A DNA stretch of 53,146 nt, counting the filler, from Catajapyx aquilonaris (lineage: Eukaryota), in NCBI GenBank assembly GCA_000934665.2. It is 2 parts of 2 records of this genome, joined end to end, with 100 filler letters (N's around TTAATTAATTAA, not from the genome) between each part and the next. Parts side by side here need not be neighbours in the genome. Positions count along the whole stretch, not along the records: positions 1 to 26,550 come from JYFJ02005203.1; 1 more part is not named here. The stretch is one strand, 5' to 3'. How positions within the stretch are numbered: position 1 is the stretch's first letter; each line of letters opens with the position of its first letter. The notes under the pieces are model-generated. The model was not told where the DNA came from. It saw nothing but the letters and a program-made list of their open reading frames with translations, and ran no database searches. Made by a program: the position numbers and the translations under genes. Positions 1 through 10,505 of the stretch are shown one piece after another.

Positions 1-1
1 G

Positions 2-1012
2 ACGTCCGTACGGTCGTAAGATGATGTTTGATGGCTGTAGCGGGGGATTGTTCGGCCACAGACGACGAAACGTTGACTCCGAAATCAGGGTACACTCAGA
101 ACCGGAGTCCACACTCATTGGCGTCATCTTACCATCCAGTGAGACCTCCACCCCCACATGAGTATGGTGTCGAGATGTCGCCGTCACTGCGTAAATGGGC
201 ATACTTTCAGGTGGTTCCTCAACCGTAGAAGTTGGGGCTGCTACCGCCGCCACCGACTGCACCATGTGATCCCTAGGCACAGCTGGTATGCCCCTCTTCT
301 TTGACAAACATACCGTAGCTATATGGCCCAACTTTGCACAATGGTGACAACTCGCCGTCTTGAACCGGCAAGCCTCTGAGTCATGGTCTTTCTTGCCACA
401 CCGGAAACACGCACGCTTGGTGACCGGCTTCTTTTCAGACCCCTGCTGAGGCGCTGCTTGGATCTGGAACACCCGGCCGCCGTCCTCCCTGACTGCAGCC
501 ACATTCCTGAGAGCGGTCTCGATACCAATCACTATGGCCTCGGCCCTGGCAAACGTTAGATTCTTCTCCGCCAGTAGACGACGTTGGGTCTGTTCATCCC
601 GCACTCCGCAAACTAACCTGTCACGGAGAGCTTCCTGCAGCTGAGGGAAATCACAATGCCTGCTGAGGCGGCGCAGCTCGGCGATGTAGTCCGCCGCTGA
701 TTCCGTAGGAGCCTGATCCCGCTTATAAAAACGGAATCGTTCGACGATAGGGTTTGGGACCGGGGAGAAATGTCCCTCCAACACCTCCTTCAACGCCTGC
801 AAGGGCAGCCGCGTTGGGTCCTCCGGTGACACCAGCGAACGAAGTAGGTCAAACGTGGCAGGGCCGACGACCGTCAAAAATATTGCACGCTGTCTGTCCG
901 GATCTGTGATGGCATTGGCCATCAGGTAACACTCGAAACGTTGCACATACGAGTTCCAAGCTTGCGGTTGGGACGGTGCGAAATGCTCAATAGCACCTAA
1001 CAATGCCGCCAT
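2..1012 (-). CDS. Gypsy/Ty3 (Mag/SURL-like) gag-pol polyprotein, N-terminal part (Gag, two CCHC knuckles, aspartyl protease); open to the window edge
   Basis: Manual translation from ATG 1012 gives MAALLGAIEHFAPSQPQAWNSYVQRFECYLMAN...ERFRFYKRDQ...YIAELRRLSRHCDF...LRDRLVCG...CFRCGKKDHDSEAC..CHHCAKLGHIATVC...VDSGSECTLISE...LRPYGR. There is no stop or frameshift over 337 codons. It is absent from the ORF track because the stop lies outside the window. Confidence 0.93.
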   Translation of the reverse strand, partial: MAALLGAIEHFAPSQPQAWNSYVQRFECYLMANAITDPDRQRAIFLTVVGPATFDLLRSLVSPEDPTRLPLQALKEVLEGHFSPVPNPIVERFRFYKRDQAPTESAADYIAELRRLSRHCDFPQLQEALRDRLVCGVRDEQTQRRLLAEKNLTFARAEAIVIGIETALRNVAAVREDGGRVFQIQAAPQQGSEKKPVTKRACFRCGKKDHDSEACRFKTASCHHCAKLGHIATVCLSKKRGIPAVPRDHMVQSVAAVAAPTSTVEEPPESMPIYAVTATSRHHTHVGVEVSLDGKMTPMSVDSGSECTLISESTFRRLWPNNPPLQPSNIILRPYGR

Positions 1013-1327
1013 GACGCCACACAATGATGTCCCGACCGTCCGGACACGACAGGTATCACCCCCACTGCACTGGCTCACTCACAATGTTCCTTTGTCCNCC
1101 GTCAAAAATATCGCACGCTGTCTGTCCGGATCTGTGATGGCATTGGCCATCAGGTAACACTCGAAACGTTGCACATATGAGTTCCAAGCTTGCGGCTGGG
1201 ACGGTGCGAAATGCTCAATAGCACCGAACAATGCCGCCATGACGCCACACAATGATGTCCCGACCGTCCGGACACGACAGGTATCACCAACCCACTGCAC
1301 TGGCTCACTCACAATGTTCCTTTGTCC
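871..1327. repeat. Tandem duplication of about 228 bp (871-1097 / 1099-1327) joined by a single N; probable assembly overlap
   Basis: Two near-identical copies of the gag 5' end and leader differ at about 5 positions and are separated exactly by the N at 1098. Confidence 0.8.
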
Positions 1328-1452
1328 CAAACCACGTGGCTAGGCCTGGGATGAAGCGGCTCTCAACAAGTCCACGGCGAATACACCTGCTGCCAGGGGC
1401 ACTGGGGGGCCCAAGGGGCACACCCGGGGCGTAATACGGGGTACGCTCCACT

Positions 1453-1464
1453 TCCTCGTCGCCA
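1453..1464 (-). other. Primer-binding site complementary to the 3' end of tRNA-Ser(GCT)
   Basis: TGGCGACGAGGA lies 2 nt from the LTR end and is complementary to the tRNA-Ser(GCT) 3' end ...UCCUCGUCGCCA (tRNA sequence recalled, not looked up). Confidence 0.8.
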
Positions 1465-1715
1465 ATTGTTGTGTATTGGGCTAACACAATAATAACACGT
1501 CTGCTCTGAGCTGACACTCGCTTTAATCTGCTCTCTTTACACAGACCTCCGCTAGGAGGCAGCATAAACCCAAACCTCCGCTAGGAGGCGGTATGCTACA
1601 GTTACATTCACCTAAGCTTGTGTGAACTTGAACAGCAAAAAAATTTTTGCCTGCAGCGTGCCTCTTCGCTCCACCCTCACATAACCACACACAAACACAC
1701 ACACCCACACACACA

Positions 1716-2017
1716 GCCTTGTCTTCACTAAGGCGTGGGGACGTGAAAATTCAACTTTTCGAAGCGAGTGTAAACTAACCTAACCTAACCTACCCTACAC
1801 TAACTAACTAACCTGAGAAAAATTGACTTTTGTGAAACCCTACAACTGAAAATAGTGGGGACATGTCCCCACTAATTTACACATGTCCCCACTCTAATAG
1901 TACACAGTGTGTGTGAAACACTGTGGGGACCGAGAAATGTCCCCACAATGCGGACTAGTCCCACAGCTTCAGTAGAAACCCAGACCTACACGTCCCCACA
2001 CCTTATTGAAGAAATGA
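1716..2017. mobile_element. Non-autonomous element with subterminal inverted repeats and internal (TAACC)n, embedded in a (CA)n tract (HINE/Helentron-like or MITE)
   Basis: Inverted repeat cttcactaaggcgtggggacgtg (1723-1745) versus cacgtccccacaccttattgaag (1989-2011), 21/23 match. Several internal GTGGGGAC/GTCCCCAC motifs, (CTAAC)n at about 1775-1812, and CA repeats on both flanks. Confidence 0.6.
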
Positions 2018-2248
2018 ACACACACCCACACACACACACCAAACCCCCCNCCCCCCGTTACAATTTTCCTGCCTACGCTGCTGGCTGGAATAGATGTGGA
2101 GTGACCCTGCAAAGTGATGGCTCCTTCATGTGGGAATGACGGCTGCCTTTAGTAATGGCAATATAAGTATGTCATAAGTAATTGCGTTTTGTTTGAATTA
2201 TTTTTAGAGGAAGTACAGCAATCATGAAAAATTAACTATGAAATCATT

Positions 2249-2521
2249 AACCGAAGCAGTTTGGAGTAGGGGATACGTGTCCGACTGCTAATCGGGAGGT
2301 CGGATCAAATCCCGGGGCCGGCAACTCTGACCGTGGTTTGCTGTGGTTTCCCACGGTCCTTCCAGGAAAATTCCGGAGTTGTTTCCGTAATTAACAGGCC
2401 ACAGCCGCTTCCTTCCGTCCCTATCCCATCCCAAAAAGTGCAGTAAAATGAAAGCAAAGAGTTCCAGGCAAAAGAAAACTTCCCCCCTAAAGAGCCGAAA
2501 AAGGCTGATAATGGGGTATGA

Positions 2522-2555
<34 letters not shown>
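2249..2555 (+). mobile_element. tRNA-derived SINE (copy 1) with Nin/Lm1-like central domain and (TTA)n tail
   Basis: A-box-like TGGAGTAGGGG, B-box-like GGATCAAATCCC and core GGTTTGCTGTGGTTTCCC...CCAGGAAAATTCCGG...GCCGCTTCCTTCC. 16-bp TSD taactatgaaatcatt at 2233-2248 and 2556-2571. A homologous copy lies at 52553-52856. Confidence 0.85.
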
Positions 2556-2557
<2 letters not shown>

Positions 2558-2959
2558 ACTATGAAATCATTCATGTAGGAAGGGACAAACGGTCACCAGG
2601 GCCGGACGAGATATTTAGTCGAGAGCCAGGTGTTCGAAAATTGCATTCTCTCGCATTTCTATCAGAAGTTGCAAAAGTCTGGACTATCTTTAGTCTTGAA
2701 CAATGCATGTGTTCATGAGTTACACTGGTGGGACTCGCTAATCCTCTCCAGAATACAGGTTGTCAATTACTTTTGAAATGCATAGTGCAACTGTTTGCAT
2801 TTTCTACCTATCAGGCCGACATGTGAGCTAGGCTTCACAAGTCAGTTTGAAGTTGGGCTTGGCCATGGACAGGTCAGCTGACGAAGTCAGGATTGTAAAC
2901 TGCTCATTGACGACTCATGGCCAGGGTTCATAGCTGCGAGATACAGTACCGTAACACGC

Positions 2960-3300
2960 TTTGCCATGCCCCGCCACCTACCGTCCTTTCCGCGAACTTT
3001 TGCCGCGGTTTTAAAACACGCCCACCGCTCCTTCCCCTCTGACGTCATGGGTTTAATAATACACATACATACCTAGCGCTTCCCATGTAAGAAGTTATAA
3101 ACATGCCCACCCCAATGGCTGACCTCTATCAACCAACACGTCAATGAGCTCTCATCAGCAACAGGCAGAAAATATTCGCACAAGACTGCACCACTGATTG
3201 GTTGGCCCCGACAATCTACGAATAAGGCCAATAAGGCATAACGATCCGCAGTTGAAACACGCGCTGAGAGGTGTATCGATCGGGTGAGTGACAGGAAGGG
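2960..3300 (+). promoter_or_regulatory. Candidate Rab27 promoter (CpG-rich) and non-coding first exon (about 3250-3283 or to 3300)
   Basis: CpG-rich island with CRE palindrome TGACGTCA (3040-3047), CCAAT/ATTGG boxes (3112, 3197, 3228), Inr-like GCAGTT (3248-3253) and DRE-like TATCGAT (3274-3280). Strong donors GTGAGT (3284) and GTAAGC (3301) can splice to the acceptor at 5077, 7 nt before the Rab27 ATG. Confidence 0.55.
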
Positions 3301-3606
3301 GTAAGCGCAACAAGTTGAGTTGGTACCCCTTACAGGGAGTCTGCTATCTCATACTCCTGCAGGTGGGTAGTAGCGAGGTTTGTAGAGGGGTGTGGGTAGG
3401 GGGATCGCTTCCTGGATTCAGTGATGATAGATTGCGGGGTATAATAATTGTTACTTCAGTGGGACGGTCCAGCAGGCCATACACGTATCCTAGTTTGTGG
3501 AGAATAGGAAGGATTGGTGATCAGGTGAGGGATATTTGACTTCATGATATACATGGGAATTAGCTGGACATTGCTTGAATGCATTATTGGGGCACGGATT
3601 GGTTTA

Positions 3607-3661
<55 letters not shown>
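3607..3661. repeat. (TAA)n microsatellite
   Basis: Perfect trinucleotide run. Confidence 0.95.
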
Positions 3662-3663
<2 letters not shown>

Positions 3664-4290
3664 CATTGGTTTTTGAGTTTCCATACTTTTGGTACCGGTA
3701 GTAATTAGGGCTAACTTGATATGCAATTTTATTAAAATGCAGTGTGTAACCATTTATTTATGTATGTTTTGACCAGAAGTGATGAAATTATATTGCACCC
3801 CTAACTGTCAGGCATCTAGCTCAAGATTGGAGCGGAAATGTGTACAGAAGTTGTCAGTTAACTAATCACCGGAAGGGGTTGCAAGTGATGATATTGATAT
3901 ACTAGAGAATATGAATGTGCATAAATTACTGTCACCTAGAAACTGTGTAAACTTACACCCAAATGTTCATTGCAATCATGAACTAGATGATCCACACAAG
4001 TGTAAAATTAATACTACTACTAAATTGGATTTCACTGTTGATGGTGTAGGCCTACCTTCTTTTTATGACCTTGTATTGCATGCTTCATTCATTTTTTATT
4101 TCATAAAAATATTAATCATTTTAACAATATCTGCCAAAATAGTGAAATTAGTAAAAGTTGGATTCATGCAGGAAGAGGCTCAGAGCTCACACCATTGGTA
4201 TATCCAGTGCTTTGAATACTTTCATTGCTTCACATTAGAAGACTATTGCTGTCAGCCCCCACAACTTCCTATGTAGCCATACGGGGAAGG

Positions 4291-4651
4291 CTGTGCGCTT
4301 AGCTGGTCCACTAACCCCGGATGTAGACTCCGAAACCCGGAAGTAGAGCCCTGTATCAAAACGCATGGGGGGGGGGGGGGGGGGGNGGGGGTCACTGAAC
4401 CTTTCCGAACCTATCTTTATTGTCAACTCCCGAATCAGCTCCTGTTTGCAGTCAGCCACTCAAATGCCATTTCAACTGTTCCAATTGGTGGCTGATGGGT
4501 GGATCTGCAAACAGGAGATGAATGGGTGTTGACAATATAGGCAAGTTCGGAACGGTTCAGAGACGTCCGCCAGAATGCGATTTGATACAGGGCTCTACAT
4601 CCAGGTTTTCGGACTCTACATCCAGGGTTAGCGGACCAGCTAAGCGCACGG
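4291..4651. mobile_element. MITE with TIRs of about 75 bp (superfamily unresolved)
   Basis: Left ctgtgcgcttagctggtccactaaccccggatgtag...gagccctgtatcaaa matches the reverse complement of tttgatacagggctctac...gggttagcggaccagctaagcgcacgg. No clear TSD. Confidence 0.8.
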
Positions 4652-5084
4652 GAAAAGAGAGCTAGTTGCAGGGGGCTGATTGCTGTAGTTCCCTACCCAC
4701 CCCCCTTGGAGGTCATGTGACATGGGCTGCTTTACATCATTGTCCATGGGTGAATCCAGAGGATTTGCCCTGTAGATGGTTCAGGGTGCTCCAAAGGTCA
4801 CCTCCTTTTAGAAATTTCAACCAGCACCAGATAGGATTGAGGTTTACATCCCTGTCCCTCGTGATGCCAGAGCACCAAAGGCAATCATCCAGCGAGATTT
4901 TTATAAAAAGTATGATTGGTCAAAGGTAACACAAATTGGGCTTGTCAGTCTTGGTTTGTTGGTTGAGGGAGCGAAAGCAATTACAGGGTAGGGACTGGAT
5001 TTATATTACACTTGCCCTGGACGATTTTGCCACAGAACCTCATCATTCATTGATTCCAAAATCTGTTGCCATTTCAGAGCAACA

Positions 5085-5228
5085 ATGGAATATGATTACC
5101 TGGTGAAATTCCTGGCCTTGGGGGATTCTGGAGTTGGAAAAACCAGTTTCCTATATCAGTATACTGATGGGACATTCAACTCAAGATTCATATCTACTGT
5201 TGGTATTGATTTTCGTGAGAAGAGATTG
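5085..5228 (+). CDS. Rab27: Ras-related protein Rab-27, coding exon 1 (join 5085-5228, 5293-5378, 8012-8126, 8525-8637, 8728-8923; 217 aa)
   Basis: [48 protein letters not shown] (P-loop GDSGVGKT, effector TVGIDF). Acceptor tttcag ends at 5077; donor GTGAGT at 5229, phase 0. Confidence 0.97.
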
Positions 5229-5292
5229 GTGAGTTGTGCTGCACTGACTTGAGGATTTTCCCCCCCTAATTATAAATGCATTCTCATTGCAG

Positions 5293-5378
5293 GTATACCG
5301 CTCTAAAACACCTGATGGATTTCAGGGAAGAAGTCAGCGCATTCATTTACAATTATGGGACACTGCTGGGCAAGAGAG
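5293..5378 (+). CDS. Rab27: Rab27 coding exon 2
   Basis: [28 protein letters not shown](R), containing the Rab27-specific insert and WDTAGQE. AG/GT boundaries, 64-nt upstream intron, phase 2 end. Confidence 0.97.
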
Positions 5379-5571
5379 GTGTGTATAAATGCATCCTAGC
5401 TAACATCCATTGACATAAATAATAACAACATTTTCGATAAAGTTATTGATGGGCCAACTACAGGTTCAAAGCCACAAGAGCAGGAATGGTAAAATAAGTC
5501 ATTCTTGGCTACCCCACCGAGCGGGTAATTGTACACGGGGCATGCTCTAATCTTGATATTCATACAACATA

Positions 5572-6694
5572 CAGTAAAACTTTTATAAGTCGAATCTCCA
5601 TGGGACTGGAAAAAACTTCGAGCTATAGAAGATTCGAGTTAGAGAAGTTTGGATTTTTTAAAGCACAGAACTCTGTAAGGAAGGGCTATACCTTTATATC
5701 CAGTTACGAAAGGTGTTCAAAACTTTAAAATAACTGTCACTATCACACTTACAATGTTCCTCATTGTTTTGTTGTCAAAAAAATCTCCATTATGGACATT
5801 TGCCTACCTCTTACTGTATTACCTCTCATATTGCGGCATGCTGGTGTAGGCGAGGTCGACCAGTTTTTAAAAATGCTTGATCTGGTGGCTATATCGGCAT
5901 GCCGGTATAAGGCAAGGTATGCTGGTATAAGGCTAGGTTTTCACATGAGTTACATTATCCTTTCCGAACTTGACATTTGCCTGAAAAGCAAAATTCACGT
6001 AAAGCCTATCAAAAAGGCACATTTTCTGGCAATAATCTCCATTTAAACAGTATGTTAGAGCAGGGGGTTCCCCTGTCAAAGCAGGCTGAAGATGGGATTG
6101 AGCATACACTCGACATTTTTAAAATTCACTGTGCAACAGAAGTTGCATATTCTCACAGCTTGTACACTCGCCCATTTTCATTGTAACATTATTTTAGTAT
6201 GGTACCAGATGCATTCCAAAAAATTAGGCAAGGATCAAAATTACGGAAATCTACCTCGGTTATTGCAGCATGCAGGCCACCCCCAGGTTATACCGGCATG
6301 CTGGTCGACCTCATTTTATACCTGCGTGCCGCAATATGAGAGGTAATACGGTAGATTCAAGGATTCAATTGTCACAATCGAGTCAAACACTTCTTTCGGT
6401 ACATCTGGTAGACGGAGATCATGAAATTGAGCCTTTCTGTACATGTGGCCTACTCTCGACCCTTCGGCTGGAAAATGAGAACACTTTCCGTAGTCGCCAA
6501 CATGAACTTCGACTTGGAGAGACTGAAAATGCATTGATATCCCATGGTAAGGCACTGCCTGCACTTCGAGTTATAGAAATTCGAGTTAGGGAAGTTTATT
6601 TCCAATTATTTTACATGTGTTACCAAGGTCATCATTTTATTCGACTTATAGAGAACTTCGACTTCGGGAAGTTCGACTTATAGAAGTATTACTG
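5572..6694 (-). mobile_element. pogo/Tigger-type non-autonomous DNA transposon in the Rab27 intron, interrupted by a nested MITE
   Basis: TA-CAGTAAAACTTTTATAAGTCGAA ... TTCGACTTATAGAAGTATTACTG-TA. Multiple subterminal TTCGAG/TTCGAC repeats, TA TSD, and a residual transposase-like C-terminus on the minus strand. Confidence 0.85.
5814..6351. mobile_element. Nested Tc1/mariner (pogo-like, CCGTA ends) MITE
   Basis: TA-c(t/c)gtattacctctcatattgcggca...gaggtcgaccag and its inverted counterpart ctggtcgacctc...tgccgcaatatgagaggtaatacgg-TA. Confidence 0.85.
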
Positions 6695-7317
6695 TAATAA
6701 GAAATGGTATGGACTGATGGCTAGAAATTTATTCTAGCTGCTAACAAATGGTGCATGGTATCATAAGACATAATCTCTGTTTTCTTGGTCCTTTTGAATA
6801 TTTAATAATGTACCCCCTCTGTGCATGCTGAGTAGAAAAGGCTTAGAACATATCCAATTTTTCCCTGAGCAGGTGGAGAGAAACATGACTGCAAATGATC
6901 AGCCAATAAAGATGGTAGAAGGAAATGTTAAAAGAGGATGCTAGCTACCTGATGAAATATATTAGACCTGCAGATCGAAACATTATTTCACCATTTTGCT
7001 GAAACATGCATGAGTAAGCATGACCAAAAAAGATATTCTCCAAAATAATACTACTGATAGGAATCTTACAGAGAAGTCGGGTTGTCCTGTTTAACCGTAG
7101 TTCCCCATATAAAAAATACGCCTGTGGGAAAACTGAAAATTACTTTTTTGCATGAAATGGGACACTAAACATTGGATGCCATCTTCTCTTCCAACATATT
7201 CCACATTTTACTCAACCAGTTGGGCACATTGTAACACATGATTTTGGTTTCCAAAATGCTTTACAAAAAGGACCATACTGTATAGAGCCAATATCTTTTT
7301 GCAATACATAATGCATA

Positions 7318-7536
7318 TATCGTTGGCAATAAGGAGAGCGGGCGAAAATGTGTAGTTTAAGGTGAAATCAGCCACCTCAGGTTTTGGCGAAAGGAAAAAT
7401 GTGTACGTGGAACCGGGTGCCTGTATGAGAAAGTGGTCATACTGATACTGTGATTTGAGAGGACTATTTTCAACCTATTTTTTTGCCTCTCCTGTAAAAT
7501 GTCATAAATGCTGTATTCTCCTTATTGCCAATGTTA
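7318..7536. mobile_element. MITE, mariner-like (approximate ends)
   Basis: Inverted repeat cgttggcaataaggaga / tctccttattgccaatg in TA contexts. Confidence 0.55.
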
Positions 7537-7659
7537 TGAGGGTGTATTTTAAGAGAAATATTCTGAGCCATGAAAAGTACTAGTTCGCAAATCAATGTGG
7601 AACACAATTTTCCGTATATTTTCCATGAAGCATTTGAGGCACACCTAATATATTTTGTA

Positions 7660-7835
7660 CAGTTGACTCCAGATAGAACAGCCTCAGCTATAACAGATTC
7701 TCAGTTGTAGCAGACTTAAAAGGCTGGTCCTACTATACCCCCATATATGGCCTGTGTATTTGGCTCTAACAGACCTTGGTTATAGCATAGTGCTTTCTGG
7801 GGCCCCTTCAAATCTGTTATATCCGGAGTGTACTG
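7660..7835. mobile_element. Tigger-like MITE
   Basis: TA-cagttgactccagatagaacag ... ctgttatatccggagtgtactg-TA. Confidence 0.7.
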
Positions 7836-8011
7836 TATATTATATTGAGACTCATGAGTCAGTGCAAGCCTGTGAGTGTGCAGAAGGTCCAAAGATATGT
7901 GATGGTGACATTATTTTTGTAGTTTATTAATATGACGGGGAGTGGTCTGTGCAATACTAATATTAACACAGTGCATGTCATACTAACCACCACCATTTGT
8001 ATTTTTTGTAG

Positions 8012-8126
8012 ATTTCGTAGTCTAACTACTGCCTTCTTCAGAGATGCTATGGGCTTCTTACTTCTCTTTGATTTGACAAGTGAGCAGTCATTTCTTGACA
8101 TTAGAAACTGGCTAGAACAGCTCAGG
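8012..8126 (+). CDS. Rab27: Rab27 coding exon 3
   Basis: (R)[38 protein letters not shown], with the Rab27 signature [12 protein letters not shown]. Perfect TACTAAC branch point at 7981-7987; donor GTAGGC. Confidence 0.97.
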
Positions 8127-8524
8127 GTAGGCTTGGATTTGATGATTTTATTGTTCACACTTTTCCTTTGCATAATTTCTTTTACATGTACTGTACAAGA
8201 GGTGAGATCAAATTTGCTCAAGTCTATTGTCCACAGGAAAACTGTAATCACTGGTTGATGCAACATGTTGAAAATGTTCAATCGAGAGCTGCTTTTTGCC
8301 CTGCCTTAATATTACACACGTTTGTGTGTCTGAATATTCACCCAGGCTTGCCTTTTTTGATGTCACCATATGAGATATGTGGTATTATTTTTTCTGCGAA
8401 CACAATTGCATGTAAATTTTACTTGCTGTTACCCACGCTGTTTTTATGTGGCAGGTTCAAGGATTTGGGAACTTATATGAATATACTTCTTTTATACCAT
8501 TTACAATTGTTTAACTTTTTTTAG

Positions 8525-8637
8525 ACTCACGCATATTGTGATGACCCTGACGTAGTTTTGTGCGGAAATAAAGCAGATTTAGAGGACCGTCGGGTGGTCA
8601 GTGAGGAACGTGCAAGGGAAACTGCACAGAAATATGG
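8525..8637 (+). CDS. Rab27: Rab27 coding exon 4
   Basis: [37 protein letters not shown](G), with the G4 NKAD box. Poly-T/TAG acceptor, donor GTGAGA, phase 2. Confidence 0.96.
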
Positions 8638-8727
8638 GTGAGAAACTGATGCTCCTATCATTATTCTATGCAGTACCTAATTTTTCAGACTGGGTCATCA
8701 CTGACTTTAAACCGTTGCTGTTTACAG

Positions 8728-8923
8728 GCTGACTTATCTGGAGACAAGTGCGGCCACAGGCCAGAATGTTGCTCGGGCAGTTGAGCTCCTCCTGGAGAAT
8801 GTGATGCAACGCATGGAAAAAGCAGTAGATCGAGCCATGATGCCAGGTCGGCGAGGTAGAGCTCTAGGATGCGCTGATATAGATCCTCCACCTCCACCTG
8901 AAGCTTCAAAATGCTCCTGCTGA
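8728..8923 (+). CDS. Rab27: Rab27 coding exon 5 (terminal)
   Basis: LTYLETSAATGQNVARAVELLLENVMQRMEKAVDRAMMPGRRGRALGCADIDPPPPPEASKCSC*. Contains G5 ETSA and a C-terminal CXC geranylgeranylation motif; TGA at 8921-8923. Confidence 0.96.
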
Positions 8924-10505
8924 CATCATGTTTGCAGAGAGGCATTTTTGTAAGTGTTGAGAAGCTGACAAGACTTTGGCATTTTTGTACCATTGGATGA
9001 GTCTTCATGGCACCATGGAAGCCTATATGCCTAGAGTTCAAATATTGTGATGGTATTGACACAGTTTTGATTCTTTGATTCTGGTGTAAGAGGACTTGGA
9101 GACTAAGATACTTAGCCAAAAATATGTGCAATCTATGAAAACCATATCTAAAACTCTTACTGAGTCTGTTGGCTACTTTACAAGTTTATTGGAAACTTAC
9201 CCTTTTATTTTTTTATTTTTTCATTGACTGCATACTGCACCTTCTTTGTTCATTACCAAGCTTCTTCCAAGATTGTTGTAGCAAAATAATATATTAATAA
9301 TGGTACTTAACAGACCTCTATTAAGGCTGTTGTATTTCTTGCGGAGCCTTTCCTCGTGAAGGTGCAGAACCTTTCCATTCCATTTAAAGTACAACATTAA
9401 AGAATTATTGAAATGTGATATAAGGACCATAGTCAAAAACTTTGCCTTCATAAAAGTAAATCCATGTAGAAGCCATTCTCTCTAAAATAGAAAAACTTAT
9501 TAGTTGATAAATGTTGATTTAACTTGTATGCCAATTACTCTCTTTAAAGAGTTTAAAGCTAAGAATGTCAATTGACAATACTGTTTATCACTGCACTGCA
9601 TATCATTTGGACTGTACACTAAGCCAGGGGGAGTAAATGAATGTGACACATTTGACATTTCAATTCTTATCATTGAAATAGGATTATATCAAGAGTTTTG
9701 TTTGACAAACTGGTTTTGCAGGTTTAGGAAATGAACTATTCACTTGTACTGGGATTTGTATCAATTATTGAACGACCCAGTGGAACATGACCAAAATTCA
9801 AAGTAATCCAAATCTAAGGTTAGACATTTGGAGATAATGTACACGGAATTGCATAATTTTACTGCTGTCTATTTGTAGCCCTTTCAGGCTTATCAAGTGT
9901 GGGGTATCAGTAACTATTTTAGTATGACTCTTTAACAAAAATTCTGCACCCTCACCATGTTTTTACTGTGCTGGACACTAGCTCTTGTTCTATTGGGTCA
10001 GTCACATGCCTAGTTCCACCAACCTTGCTATGCTCAGTGAGATAAATTGCATTCCACCAACCTTCTTAACAGTAAAAAATCAGTTCGCCTGTGGCATTGT
10101 CAGATCGGTTATGGCATATCACAGCTTTGGTGGTAGTGGAAGTGGGATTTCTGGTTGGCACCAGTCATGTGGTCAGTTGCAATCCCCTAATTCACCTGTC
10201 TTGGCCCTTTATCTGACCTGCTGAATTTGTCCAGACAATTCTTGAGTGCCTCTAGGACATGGCCAAAAGTTGTTGATGCTTTAAATGCTCTGGGTTCTTC
10301 ACATTTAAATAGCGGCTAAATCATGGCCTTCCTGTGGGGACAGCCATCTTTTTGATTGATCGCCAGTTTCCGACTGTACATTGGTGGAATGCAATCCTCA
10401 GGTTAAGTGGCACAAAACTAAGATAGCTCTTAACAAATGGTTAAAAGGGTTGGTGGAAGCAGGCATGAGTGATATAGTAGTATCTTTTATTTTAGAAATA
10501 GTTAA

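Larger units (their letters stand above)
1..1634 (-). mobile_element. Gypsy LTR retrotransposon 5' end (5' LTR about 1467-1634, PBS 1453-1464, leader, gag-pol)
   Basis: The minus strand reads ...ACAACA-AT-TGGCGACGAGGA: an LTR end followed by a PBS. The LTR is bounded by TGTT...AACA and has ATTAAA on the minus strand at 1522-1527. The outer LTR boundary at 1634 is tentative because the 3' LTR is outside the window. Confidence 0.85.

Noticed and set aside
871..1327. Tandem duplication of the gag start as a biological feature (second ATG, ORF 1079-1330)
   Set aside because: The junction is exactly a single N and the copies are near-identical, which is best explained as unmerged overlapping contig ends.
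1775..1812. (TAACC)n as an interstitial telomere
   Set aside because: Only a few units, degenerate, and internal to a repeat element.
2255..2315. tRNA-like A and B boxes
   Set aside because: They form the head of a SINE with a body, tail and TSD, and no full cloverleaf is present.
4366..4391. Poly-G/poly-C runs with a central N (also near 2050, 12501, 18578, 33002, 37373) as G-quadruplex elements
   Set aside because: Each contains an N join typical of short-read assembly breaks, so the true length and content are unknown.
8689..8727. Alternative upstream acceptor (tttttcag) in the last Rab27 intron, 39 nt in frame
   Set aside because: It introduces an in-frame TGA after four codons and leaves a 51-nt intron.
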